This document shows, one piece after another, positions 1 through 12,805 of a DNA stretch of 64,000 bases. The notes under the pieces are model-generated. The model was not told where the DNA came from. It saw nothing but the letters and a program-made list of their open reading frames with translations, and did not search any database. Position 1 is the stretch's first letter, and every line of letters begins with the position of its first letter. The stretch comes from Octopus sinensis (taxonomy: Eukaryota), in NCBI RefSeq assembly GCF_006345805.1, contig NC_043014.1, forward strand, positions 16,182,001 to 16,246,000, written 5' to 3'. Position numbers and translations under genes: made by a program.

Positions 1-429
1 TTGATTGCTTTATAGTTCTTCGTATTTGTAGTTGTTTGCCCTAGATCAGCAACCATAGAGAAATCCTACGATCAAAAGTATTCCAGTAATGACCACCCCA
101 TCTTCTTAGGTGTATGAAAGACTGCATTATGTTATGTGACTTCTACTTTTTAAAGACTGAATGCTATAAGAGCTTCCTGAGAAAGTCTTGGCAGCTTAGG
201 GTGGGTAGAGGGAGCCTCCTCAACATATGAGTTGCTGGGAATTATCACTTCGTTCGCTGAGGACGACCTTGCCTTTCATCATTTCGGGATCGATGAAATA
301 AGTACCTGTTGAGGACTGGGGTCGATGTAATCGGCATACCCGCTCCCTTGTGCCAAAATTTGAAATCGATAATTATCACTTCGTCCCTGTAAGTCAAGGC
401 TAAGAATCTGATGTGAGGACATTTGTTAA

Positions 430-3310
430 GTGGTAAAATAAAATTATTAACTATAAAATAAAAATAAAAACAACTAAATACTTTCAAGATAAAAACAAAT
501 GATAACAAGATCAAGATTTCATGGAGTAGTTTTGTCGGTTTCGAGATGTGACAAGGAGGTCAGATAATTTACAATAACAAGAAAAAATCAACTTGAACTA
601 TAAAAAAAACCCCAAAGCTCCCGTTAGCATAGTTACTCATCGCTAGTTTCATTACTATTTTTTTTATATAGTAAACAGGGCATCCTCCTCTACCTCTTCA
701 TTTTTATCATCCTGTTCCGTTTAAAAAAAATATTATAATGATAAGAAGCTGATATGTACAAACATTCTTTAAACAGTATTCCCATGTAATGCATTTATGT
801 ATGATATAATCTTGCTAGGTTACTTTACATAAAAAACAAAACAAATGAACATATTATAGAAATGCTTAATTGTCCTCTTATTTAATAAAAAAAAAACTGG
901 GTTAGCAAGGGCATAATTAGGATGGAAAATATCTGACAGTATTGAATGAGAGGGGTAGGTATTGGGATATCAAAGGAATTTTATCGTCTGTTCCTCCATG
1001 AGCGGCCCGATCGTGTCCCATTAGACCAAGTATTTCTCTTCAGTTGCTGTGGCATAAAGCCGATAAAAGATAAAAAATTTCACTTGGGCAGGACACCAGA
1101 AGCTCTCAATTTTTTTGTGCAAACTAACTGATCAGTTGTCCACTTTGCAATAAAGCCGCAGTTTTCAGAGAGGGATTGCAACACTCTGTGGTATCAATCT
1201 AGCATTAGAAGAGCTCAGGTGCTGTGAGTTCAACGAACTAATCTTGAATATAATACAATATTTGGGACAAGCTTCTATGATAGGACTCAATCATTTGCAA
1301 ACTTTAGTAAACCAATATTTGAGGAGTATCATTCACTGACGATTTCTATATATGCTGTCCACCGACGAGACACATCTCTTCCAATTGCGAGGTCAGCCGG
1401 AACATTACTCAGTTTTCACACTGTTAAGCATTTGAACAATTATTTTCCTTTCTAAATGCAAACAGTGCTATATCATAGCACTATCGTCAATTAGGACACC
1501 CCACAGAGTTCCGATCGCTTCTACAGTAAAAGGCAATACCCTCTTTCAGTTGTAACCCGTTTTGAAAACAACGTGCTGAAAACATGACAATTAACTCAGT
1601 CTATAATCGACGCTCACACTCACTGACCTTTCAGCACATTTACTAGTGGACAAGTATCTCCCTTTTAACACTCACCTCCATCTGTGAAATTTGCAGATGT
1701 AGATGGGGCCTTGGTCGAAAAAGAAAGTGTTCTCAGTCCTTTCAATATAACCTCTTCTATCACAACCACTAGACAGAAGAAAAATACCTACACTTAAAGG
1801 AAGGAGCGATCCCCTCGATGAACTCGGATGCTATCAGCATCTGTAATACGAAATAGCTGTTCACCATAACTCCACAATCTACTCATACTCATAATAGTAG
1901 TACTCATACTACTAACCCCAAAGCAATGCATGGGGAGTAGTTTCGTTGATCTTACAATGCCCATAGAGCTTTTCCTGAATCGACAAAGCTCACATCCAGT
2001 AGATTATCTGACAGTGGTTTCTGATTACATATATATATATAGCCTCCGGACTGAATGACCTCCAAATAAGCCGTTCTTTTGAGCCTAGGGTCTCCCCGAA
2101 GGCGTAATTACTCTCGCCTAACACCAATTCCCCAAGAATACAAGAATTGACGTACTGCCGTCCGCGTTGCTTGACTTGTAAAGAACTGCAACCCAATCTT
2201 GGACTTTAAATTCATCTATAACTACAATTCTATCAAAGAGAACAGCTGTTGAAATATGCCCGACAAACGGTGTCCATATTTGCTCACTTACCTATAATTC
2301 TCTGCAGACGCCACAACTTTAGTGCATACTTGTGTTAACAGTTGACCCACTTTTTACAAGCAGAATACGTCAATTCTACAATAAACGAAAAGGCGGATCC
2401 TCCAATCTAATTAGGTGAAAGAAAGAATAAGTGACGCCAGTCAAGCAGCAATAAATAAGAGACGGCAAGGCGGCGAGCTGGAAGAAACGTTAGCTCGCCG
2501 GGCGAAATGCTTAGCGCTATTTTGTCGGTCTTTACGCTCTGAGTTCAAATTCCGCCGTGGTCGACTTTGCCTTTCATTCTTTGGAGTCGATAAATTAAAT
2601 ACCAGTTGCGTATTGGGGTCGATCTAATCGACTGGCCCCCTCCCTAAAAATTTCGGGCCTTGTGTCTAGAGTAGAAAAGAATAAATAAGAGGTGGCAAGG
2701 CGGCGAGCTGGCAGAAACGTTAGCACGCCGGGCAAAATGCGTAGCCGTAGTTCGTCTGCCGTTACGTTCTGAGTTCAAATTCCGCCGAGGTCGACTTTGC
2801 CTTTCATCCTTTCGGGGTCGATTAAATAAGTACCAGTTACACACTGGGGTCGATATAATCGACTTAATCCGTTTGTCTGTCCTTCTCTGTCCTCTCTGTG
2901 TTTAGCCCCTTGTGGGTAGTAAAGAAATAGGTATTTCGTCTGCCGCTACGTTCTGAGTTCAAATTTCGTCGAGGTCGACTTTGCCTTTCATCCTTTCGGG
3001 GTCGATAAATTACGTACTAGTTGCGTACCTAGGTCGATCTAATCGACTGCCCCCCCTCCCTAAAAATTTCGGGTCTTGTGCCTAGAATAGAAAAGAATAA
3101 ATAAGAGGTGACGTATGCATTCATCAACTCTTCTCGACCTTTCATTCTATTTCTGGGTGAGACTAGCCACACTGTTAGCAACTTCGTCCTTATTTCTTTG
3201 CTACTGAGTATCCAGCTGAAACCCAGCTCCCTACCGTCGTTTTAGTGGGTGGGGCTAGAGTTGCCGGTAATCATGTCTTCTGAAGACCAGAAGTCAGTCG
3301 CCGCTGTTAA
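430..3310 (-). mobile_element. Degenerate, internally deleted L1/Tx1-type LINE (ORF1 knuckle relic ~1950-2400, APE-endonuclease-like relic ~1350-1700, 3' UTR ~430-830), interrupted by SINEs
   Basis: Minus-strand translation near 2020-2120 gives ...ARVITPSGRP*AQKNGLFGGHSVRR, resembling the ORF1 VEGR..C..CG..GH region at 9130-9200. The 3' segment 486-830 is a diverged copy of 3443-3820. Frames are broken. Confidence 0.45.
2464..3095 (+). mobile_element. Cluster of three tRNA-derived SINE copies (family A)
   Basis: GGCGAGCTGGCAGAA (A-box-like), GAGTTCAAATTCC (B-box) and central GCCTTTCATCCTTTCGGGGTCGAT..AAGTACCAG repeated at ~2464, ~2694 and ~2930. Confidence 0.85.
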
Positions 3311-3319
3311 GCGGACATT

Positions 3320-4400
3320 TTTAAGTGTCAAAATAAAAATTTAAAAAAGTATAATAAATAAACAAGCAATCACCTTGAATGGAAAATAAAAAATATAAAA
3401 AAACTAATCACCTTGAACATAAAATAAATATGTAATCACCTTGAAGATAAAAACACAAATGATAACATGAACAAGTTTTTATGGAGTAGTCTTGCCGGTT
3501 TCGAGATGTGACAAGGAGGTCAGATAATTTACAATATAAAAAAATCAACGAGAAAAACAAAGCAAAACAAACAAAAGCAAAACTTCAAAAAGCTCTCCTT
3601 AGCACAGTTACCAGTCACTGGTTTCATTATTAAACGTGTTTTTTTCCTCTTAATTATAAACAGGGCATCCTCCTCTCCCATTTGATCTTTTTTTTTTTAA
3701 TCTCTTTGTCCCTTTTTCAACTGAACTGTTGTGATAAGAAAAAGTAAAGATATGTATACACATTCTTCAAACATTATTCCCATAGAATGTATGTTATATA
3801 ATCTTGCTAGGTTGCTTTAAATTTTAAAAGAACACATGAGTATTTTAATGAAACTTTATGCTGATAAGGTTTTCTTTTTCTCTCTTTTAAATGATGAATC
3901 GAGCATCCTTCTCTACACTTCATTTTTATCGCGCTGATTCCATTTTGAAATGAGCTGTTTTGATAACAAACTATACTAAAAGGGTTTGACCGTCTGTCCA
4001 GCGACCCATGACGCAAACCAGTGTGGGATTGCATCTCTAGGTCGCAAGAGTGTCAATTTGCCTTGGTTAATGCTTGTTCTTGCATACCATCCCTTATTCT
4101 TTTAGGGTGGTGTCCCATACAATCAAACGTCGTTAATCCATTATATCGACACGACCTTCTGGAAGTTCAGGTCCTGTCGAACTTCCAGCGTTCGACACGA
4201 CCTGAACACTGGAAGTGGAACAGCGTTCAGCTGGAAGCGTTCCACTTCCAGCTGAACGCTTCTTAACACCTCTAGCTTCAACAGATGTTGCTGTACATTG
4301 AATCAATTCCGACTTTGTAAAACGAGACCTAAAAGTAGCTCAACTGATAACAGTCGCTAAAATATTGATGATCGAAGATATCGAAAGCTTTTGATTGGTA
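3320..4400 (-). mobile_element. 3' portion of a second copy of the same LINE family, directly upstream (head-to-tail) of the 430-3310 copy
   Basis: Shares blocks GGTTTCGAGATGTGACAAGGAGGTCAGATAATTTACAAT, AAACAGGGCATCCTCCTCT and ATAATCTTGCTAGGTT with 486-830. Confidence 0.5.
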
Positions 4401-4559
4401 AGTTTATTACCCACCCTCTATGATGTATCAAATAAAGTAAATGTCGTAGATCTGACAGGACTTGCTTAACTGGATTTATCCGGAGTTTCTCCATCTGCCG
4501 GCTATTCATGGCTATGTACTAGTTATTATAGTCCTCCCGTCCATGAGTTCATGACACGG

Positions 4560-4603
<44 letters not shown>

Positions 4604-4678
4604 TATATATATATAATATATATATATATATGTAATAAATTAATAAATAAAATAAAACATATGCATATATACATATAT

Positions 4679-5137
4679 AAACTTTTCTTCTCGCGAAAAG
4701 CAAATTAAATAAAATTTGAGATCTTTTTGCGGAGGGGTAAAAATGGTAACAAAAACAGGAACACAGACAAGAAGGGCTGTTTATTTAATTTGCTTTTCGC
4801 GAGAAGGAAAGTTTCAATCGAAGATGCATCTCGCCTTCACCTTCGAAAGGCAGAGTAGATGAAACCATGGCGACTGAAGAAGGGGAATTTTCCTTGTGTT
4901 ATTTGTCCTGTACTCTATTTTTTCGTTGTTTAAGAAAAATGTCCATTTCCTTGGTTTTGTGTTTATATTTTCGTTTCTCATTGTGTTCGATGTTTTTTTT
5001 AGTGTCCTGTACCCATATATGCATGTATATATACATGTAGAGGTAGGTACGTACATATATGTATGTATATATGCATATGTTTTATTTTATTTATTAATTT
5101 ATTATATGACGCATCCATTTCTAAGCAAGATTGTTCG

Positions 5138-5204
<67 letters not shown>

Positions 5205-5540
5205 TTGTTTGTCCTCTCTGTGTTTAGCCACTTGTGGGTAGTAAAGAAATAGAAATAGGTATTTCGTCTGCCGCTACGTTCTGAGTTCAAATTCCGCCGA
5301 GGTCGACTTTGCCTTTCATCCTTTCGGGGTTGATTAAATAAGTACCAGTTACACACTGGGGTACGAAAAAGGCAAATAGAGAAACAAGACATACAACATA
5401 AAGAATATTCCCCTTCTTCAGTTGTCCCTGTTTCATCTACTCCACGTTCGAAGGCAAGGACAAACGCGACTTCGTTGAAACAGTACTTCCCGCAAAGCAA
5501 ATTAAATAAAATTTGGAATTTTTGCGGAGGGTGAAAGTGG
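4679..5540. repeat. Fold-back repeat complex (35-bp inverted arms 4679-4713/4780-4814; second inverted pair ~4850-4950/~5365-5450), interrupted by (TA)n/(TG)n and a SINE A fragment
   Basis: AAACTTTTCTTCTCGCGAAAAGCAAATTAAATAAA versus TTTATTTAATTTGCTTTTCGCGAGAAGGAAAGTTT; GAGTAGATGAAAC..ACTGAAGAAGGGGAAT occurs in both orientations. Confidence 0.7.
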
Positions 5541-5569
5541 TAACAAGAACAGGACAGTGAGAGAGACCC

Positions 5570-5835
5570 CTTTCGGTCATGACTGATCATGGGATTGTAC
5601 CTAGAAGGTTACCCTCCCAGGCACAAGTCCGCGCAAGCTTGTTTTATGGAAGACCAGCAGTCGCCCATGCATACCGGCTTCCCCTCTCTACGCCACCAGT
5701 GTTATCCAAGGAAAAGGCAAGGCCGATACAGCTTGGCAACTCATTTCTACAGGTGAGTGAACTGGAGCAACGTGAAATAAAGTGTCTTGCTCAAGAACAC
5801 AACACGTAGCCCGGTCCGGAATTCGAGCTCACAAC
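5570..5835 (-). mobile_element. tRNA-derived SINE (further family)
   Basis: Reverse strand reads GATCGTGAGGTTGTGAGCTCGAATTCC (B-box-like), then TTGAGCAAGACACTTTATTTCACGTTGCTCCAGTTCACTCA. Confidence 0.6.
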
Positions 5836-5860
5836 CTCACGATCTCCTACCTCACTCTCT

Positions 5861-5936
<76 letters not shown>

Positions 5937-6049
5937 ATATAAACTTGTTACGAGCTTCAAATATAGCTGAGGCATATTCGAACCTGTAAGAAGGCCTTTC
6001 GCTGTATTTAGTCATGAAGAAAATTTCTCTAAGTTACAGCGACGAAAAC

Positions 6050-6275
6050 ACACCAGCATCGGTTGTCAAGCGATGGTGGGGGAAAACACAGACACACAAA
6101 CATATACATATACGACGGTCTTCTTTCAGTTTCCGTCGACCAAATCCAATCACAAGGCTTTGGTCGGCCCGAGGCTATAGTGGAAGAAACATGCCCAAGG
6201 TGCCACGCAGTGGTACTGAACCCAGAACCATGTGGTTAGTAAGCAAGCTACTTACCACACGGCCATTCCTGCGCC
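6050..6275 (-). mobile_element. tRNA-derived SINE (family B)
   Basis: Reverse complement of GGCCGTGTGGTAAGTAGCTTGCTTACTAACCACATGGTTCTGGGTTCAGT..GGCACCTTGGGCA; matches the full copy at 41885-42258. Confidence 0.85.
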
Positions 6276-6277
6276 TA

Positions 6278-6600
<323 letters not shown>

Positions 6601-7432
6601 AATTAATATCCACCTTTGTTTTACTGGGGTCAACGTAATCGACTTATCTCCTGTCCCGAACGTTCTGACCTAGTGACCAATTTATGAGTATAAAAGTATA
6701 ACCAATTTAGTGCAACAAAATCTTATATGGACCCCTAAGGGTCATATGGGCCCAGGTTGAGGAACCACCGTCTTAGCAGCTGTTTCCGCGTGTTGTTGTT
6801 TCAAAGTTGTGTTGATAATCACGTTAGCTACATAACTGTGCGCTATCTAATGAATAGTATTACGGTCACGACACAAGTATAAAGCAATAATTCCATAATT
6901 TAAGTTCACTTCTACAAGGAAAGGCGTTTAGTTACAGTTGATTGAAATAAAATGAGGTCGTGCGTACATAAACATGTATTTTTTCTGTTTCTGTTTGCGT
7001 ACGAGTAAGTTTGTGTGTGCGTCATTCATACTTGTGTAATACAATTTCTTCCTTCTCTTATGCGAAATCCTCCATTCAGTCCCGCTTTTGTATTTCTCTG
7101 TTGTTATCGTTTTTTCTATTGTAGGTTTTGTCTGACGCACTCTTTTCTTTTCTCTGTCACTTGGCAGGTGGCGTACAGATGCGCGCGCACACCCACCCAC
7201 ACATACACCCACATTATAATATTTATCAGTATATTACAATGGAAGCGTAACTAATATATCCTGCCTTATACTCTTTAATCCTACCCGACTTTTTAACAGA
7301 GACAACTGTTTGTCGGCGATTATCGAAGATAGTTCTCACTACATGGTGTTGGGTACAGAGATTTTTGAAACCGAATTCGTTTTCTTGTCACTAATTTCAC
7401 TTCTAAGTGGTGTGTGTGTATATATATATATA

Positions 7433-7481
<49 letters not shown>

Positions 7482-7734
7482 ATGTGTGTGTATGTGTGTG
7501 TATACACACGTAAACACACACCATATAGTCAATGGAAATAAACAATCAATTCAAATAAACAAATAAAATCAACAGACAAGAGGACATGCACAAGAAATGT
7601 ATTAGCTTGATGCCCGGTGGAAATAGAGAGTTTGACGTTTCGAGCATAGCTCTTCGTCGGAAAGGAGAAAGGGAAAAGTCCAAAGAAGGAAAACAAATCG
7701 CCAACAGCACGTGTGTAGTTACATTATATATACA

Positions 7735-7980
7735 TATGTATGTATGTATGTATGCATGTATGTATGTATGTATGTATGTATGTATGTGTATGTATGTATG
7801 CATTTATGTATGTATGTATGTATGTATGTATGCATTTATGTATGTATGTATGTATGTATGCATTTATGTATGTATGTATGTATGTATGTATGTATGTATG
7901 CATGCATGTATGTATGTATGTATGTATGTATGTATGTATGTATGTATGTATGCATGTATGTATGTATGTATGTGTGTGTG
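7735..7980. repeat. (TATG)n microsatellite with recurrent CATT/CATG variants
   Basis: Directly visible. Confidence 0.95.
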
Positions 7981-8151
7981 TATTGTGTATGTGTGTGCGT
8001 TTAGGCAAATGGCTTACTTGCTAGGATATTGGACTTATGATTGTAAGCTTGTGGTTTCAACTTCTGGACCAGGAAACCGGTCCCATGTTCCTTACGGAGT
8101 AATGTTGACTATATATATATATATATATACATACATATATATATATATAAT

Positions 8152-8281
8152 GGCTTCATTCCATTTTTTCATTATATTAAATTCAGCTTTTCCATTCGTT
8201 TTTTGTCCCCACCTTGTCTGCCCCCCCCCTATGTACGGCCTTCATGTCTAATTTCATGAAATAAAGAAGCTTGCTTCCGGT
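8152..8281 (+). repeat. Probable 3' end of an L1/Tx1 element (duplicated at 9933-10071)
   Basis: GGCTTCATTCCATTTTTTCATTATATTAAATTC...CATGAAATAAAGAAGCTTGCTTCCGGT occurs twice and contains AATAAA. Confidence 0.6.
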
Positions 8282-10071
8282 ATAGCGTTTTGTTTAGTTC
8301 GACTGCGGTCTTTGAGAATAACACACGTAGTTTTTGGTTGTCTTGGCGGTGCGACGTTTTTCCTCTTGTTTAATGGAGGGGCGTCGAGTGAGGAGCTGTG
8401 ATGGTCTGAATTGTAAACAGACCTGTGAAGGTCTGAATTTGTAAACTATCCTTCTTCGGACTTTGTGTCGTCTGAGGAGAAGATGGTGGAGTGTTTGAAA
8501 AGAACTGACAAGAAATGGAAGCAAGCCGTTATGTTATGCTGCAGCGTGAGAAGAAAAAAGTGAAGACGGTAGTCTGGATGATTTAAGTAATTTTTTTTAA
8601 ATGCTTAAAAAGCAGGGGAACGAAGTGAAAGTGTCCCTCCCACAAAGAAGTTTTAAAGGCGAAACAGGAAAAAAACAATAACTTATAGGACGTACTCTGA
8701 AGCAGTAAAGATAATTGAAGTCATGTCAACGATGCAAGTCGAAAAGGCACTAAGACCAATCTGGCAAGGGATTTCCTACCTTGCCAGAGGAAAAAAGATT
8801 GGAATGGTGGAGGTGCAGTTCTGGGAGGTGGCTACCGCCAGGCTGCACTTTTCTATTACACCGCTGAGAACGGACGAAGTGGTACTTCTACCCGTATACC
8901 TTGGGAGACGTACTTCCAGGGTTAGGGTAGAGGAAATACCCCCAGAAGTAGATGTAACCTGGCTGGTGGCAACCATACTGTTAGGCATGTAGGAGAAGGT
9001 GGTGGTCCTCCAGGCAGCAAGAATGCCCCACAGGACCTGGCAATGACAAAGCCTCGATATGGCTGAACACGTTGCAGAGGAAGACATTGAAAAGATGATC
9101 GAGACCATCACTGTCGCAGAGGCAACACTAAGAGTTAGAGTGGAAGGAAGGATCCCGCGGTGCTATAAATGTGGCCTTTCAGGCCACATTAGAGCAGACT
9201 GTCCTACACCACTCGCGAAGGATAAAGAGAAACAAGAGAACGAGAGGGAAATTGAGACTACACCGACGAAAACCACTACCAGCGTCGAGGAGGAGGAAGT
9301 GAACGAGGAAAGGAACGGATGGGAAGCGGCTGGGAAGAAAAAAGAAAAAGAAAAAGAGTACACGTTATAAATGACGACTTCCATCCCACACCTACCTGAC
9401 TTCCACCCTCACCTACTCTGCCCCAACCAATCCCTACAGACACCAACCATCTCCATGCCCCACTTAACATAAAGACATGCACAAACACACAGGAGCCCCA
9501 AATTTCCCCACCCTTGCCCGGTAATGAAAAATATGTTATACTGTACGTTGGAGGAAATGAGAAACTTGATAATGAGGTAAACTTATGGAATAGAGTGATA
9601 AAAGTGGATATAACAAGAGCGAAGGGGGTGGACCGGGTACATGTGCTGTGTGATGGCATGCTCGGGGTGCCTTCCAAGATTAAAGGATTATGAGGAAGAC
9701 TGTGACTATGAGTCAAGAGGATAGACTATGGTCAAGAGGATAGACACCAGCACAATACCAGAACAGGTAAGCTGTTTTGATATTAAAAAAAATATAACAA
9801 ACTTTTTGAGTAAAATTGGAAACTAGTTGTTGCAAACTGTGTCACAAATAGTGTTTTAAACCAGTGTCTGAAAAAAAAGAAAAGAAGTTGTATTAACAGG
9901 TTGAATGAAGTCGCTCGGAGGTAGGGCCGAACGGCTTCATTCCATTTTTTCATTATATTAAATTCATCTTCTCCATTCGTTTTGTTTTTTTATTTGTCCC
10001 CACCTTGTACTGTCTCTTCTATGTGCGGCCTTCATGGCCAATTTCATGAAATAAAGAAGCTTGCTTCCGGT
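8282..10071 (+). mobile_element. L1/Tx1-type element A: ORF1 (gag-like, CCHC knuckle) relic, ORF2 essentially absent
   Basis: ORF pieces 8723-8992 (LPVYLGRRTSRVRVEEIPPE) and 9059-9370 (RVEGRIPRCYKCGLSGHIRADC, a CX2CX4HX4C knuckle). No RT motifs before the 3' repeat. Confidence 0.75.
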
Positions 10072-12805
10072 TTGAAAACTTCGGTCGTATTTTCTTTGCC
10101 CCCTGTGAGTTATCGCTTTTATTGTTGAAACTCTGTTATTTGTTGTAAACTGTTGTTGAGAATTATTGTTGAAATTTGCTATTTTGAACTGTTTGCAGGC
10201 TTTGTGGGACTATTTATTTCTCGGTATTCCGGGGAATAGTGAAATTTCTGTATTTGGCATTTGTTTTGGATTCTTTAACGGAGTACATTTTATAATTTAG
10301 CCTTTGCAGGCATTGTTGAACTGCACACCGCCCCCAGACGGGGGTGGGATTCGAACTGTTGTTCCTCTTGAGAGGAAGTCATTTTTGAACAGAAAAACAA
10401 GAGAACAGAAGCCTAAAATTTTTCTTTTGGAAAAAAGAACTGTTTTTTCAGCCGTTTTTGGTTTCATTAAGCTGCATCCCTCCCCTGAGATTTGAACTTA
10501 TTGATTGCCAAAGAAAAATTTTTGGAACTGTGTTTTTTTTTGTTCGAAATCTCGGTGGAGATAACAAGAGAAACATGCACTCTGGAAGAGAATGATGCTT
10601 TGGAGGCTAACAAGCCTCCAAAACAAGTCACCAAAGGCTTTGCGGTGGTCGACGCAGTACAAATGAAATGTCTGGAGATCCCATAGGGGGAACTCCCGGA
10701 AATGTTTAAAAGAATGACAGAGGAAGAGGGTGAGGTAAAAATATCACCTCTAACGAACATAACAGAAGAGATTAAAAAAAGCAACAATCATTTTCAAAAC
10801 GTTCTGCCCGGAGGAAAAATGATGAAACATATGGAACAGAATAAAGTAGAAAAATACCTGGCATCCATATGGAAAGATATTAGTTACATAACAAGAGGAA
10901 GAAAATTTGGCACAATAGAGGCTAGATTCAAAACAACAGAGATGGTTCGCGAGCACTCGGTCAGCCCGTTGAAGTCAAAAGAAGTGGTGCTTCTGCCAAC
11001 CTATATGGGGCGACGCACGTCCCGCGTTAGGGTGACAGAGGTACTGCCGGAGGTTGATGCCGCGTGGGTGATGGCCACCCTGTTATTTAACAGGGAATAT
11101 AAAATGAATATCCTACAAGTAACACGCTCTTCCCAACAATATTAGCTTGGGCAGAGCATTGCGGCCATCATTCAAGCGGCATCAGATGACCTAGAAGGGA
11201 TTCCTGACTGAGTGCTCGTGGGCGACGACGTGGCCCTCAAAATTCATGTTTGAAATGTGGCTGAAAATGCCACGAAAGGGTTGACTGCGACGCAGGAAAA
11301 AAGGAAGATAATGTAAAGGCCCAAACTCCTGTGAATAAACATACACCTGACCCCTCACAAAAGGTTGGTGCGTGTCGTGGACAGACTTGTCAGGGAGGTG
11401 CAAACTAGCGCTATCCCGACCAGGTCAACTCGCGACAATCTCCATCTTATACGCTACTCCTTAGAGAGGGTTGGAAAAATTTCTGGCAAAGGTGGGGCAC
11501 TGGTACATTTAGACCAGTCTAAAGCATTTGATAGGATCGACCATCGGTACCTGGTGGCAATACCTGGAAAGGCCGGGTCGGGCCCGACTTTCGCGGTTAG
11601 ATTGCTGCTTTGTACAGCGACATCGAGTCTATCGTCCGAGTGAAATTTTTTTTCAAAACCGTTCAAGATTGAACCCTCAGTACACTAGGGATGTCCCCTG
11701 TCACCGCTTTTGTATGTATTGGTTCTTGAGCCATTTCTACGTAAGTTGGAGGCATTATGGGGCGTGATGCATGATCTGTGATGTAGAAGGGGAGCTACTG
11801 TGTATGCGGATAACATCCCCATCATCGTGTACGAAGAAGGGCAGCTTCCTTGTGTGGAAAATGCCAGCAAAGGATACGAGGCGGTGGCAGGAGCAAAGGC
11901 TAACGAGGACAAGTCAGTCGGCTTGCAACTCGGCACCTGGTGGGGCAAGTCGATGTCGTCCAATAACGTCGTGAGGTGAGGGACGGAAGGTCCGGTTAAG
12001 TTGCTAGGGGTCTGGTTCGGTCAAGACCTCCAGATAGAGAAGAATTGATTGGAGCGAGGTCACGGGCAAGGTGATTGCCCTAACCCAGACCTGGTCTGGG
12101 CGGGCGTTATCCTTGCTAGGTAGGGCGGAGGTGGTGCAGATGTTCATAGCATCTGTCATTGCCTACCGCCTGACCCTTGTGCCTTGCCCCGATTTGTCGC
12201 TGAACAAGTTGGAAAGAATCCTTTTCCGTTTTTTTGGGAAGGGAGGAAAGCCACTTGTGAAGCGCTCTGTCTGCTGCCAAAAGCCGCTAAAGGGTGGGCT
12301 AGGGATGCCTTGGCTGAAGATGCGAAGACTCGCGTTAAGGTTGAGGCATCTCTGGCTTTACCTGGATGGAGAGCAGCTGTGGTCACGGCATGTAAGGTTC
12401 TATCTTCCACAGTTGACGTCTTTTGTGGATATTGGTCCATGGATCAAACGAAGACCCAGGCTGGGAGATTGGCAATTGGAATGCCAGCAGGCAGACCAGC
12501 TACTCTCTCGGGCGGGCAATACCGACAACAGGAGTTCAACTGCGGATTTCTATAGCGGTTTAGTGGAATTTATGCCAGACGATGTCCTGGGGAAGACCCT
12601 GAGCTTCGATGGAAATCAGTTGATCAACCTGTTCAGGAGAACTTTCGGGCCGGGGTATCTGGATAATTACCAGTGCTACCAGTGCTAATTGGCAGTGCTA
12701 CCGTTCGGCTTTGCCTGTTCGAGACAAGCTGTCAAGGCACGGAAGTGCCGTCTCGCTGACATGCCCGAGGTGCAGGCGTGACAGAGAAACTGTCTTGCAC
12801 GCCTT
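10072..12805 (+). mobile_element. L1/Tx1-type element B: ORF1 relic plus RT and C-terminal zinc knuckle, internally deleted and frameshifted
   Basis: ORF1 10702-11145 (LPTYMGRRTSRVRV). RT motifs QTSAIPTRS..DNLHLIR and LDQSKAFDRIDH (11365-11643), GCPLSPLLY (~11690), YADNI (~11803). Thumb/C-term SLLGRAEV..KGGLGMP (12071-12688). CPRCRRDRETVLH (~12760-12800). Confidence 0.9.

Noticed and set aside
7586-8251. Long low-complexity ORFs ([16 protein letters not shown], poly-L/I/Y/N) here and throughout the window
   Set aside because: Translations of microsatellites.
8268-8281. U6 or U2 snRNA target at the Tx1 junction
   Set aside because: GCTTGCTTCCGG only loosely resembles the U6 5' end (..CTTGCTTCGGC), and no other snRNA sequence follows.
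8152-10071. LTR element with ~130-bp LTRs around a gag ORF
   Set aside because: No TG..CA termini, PBS or PPT. The ORF1 is homologous to that of the adjoining non-LTR element B.
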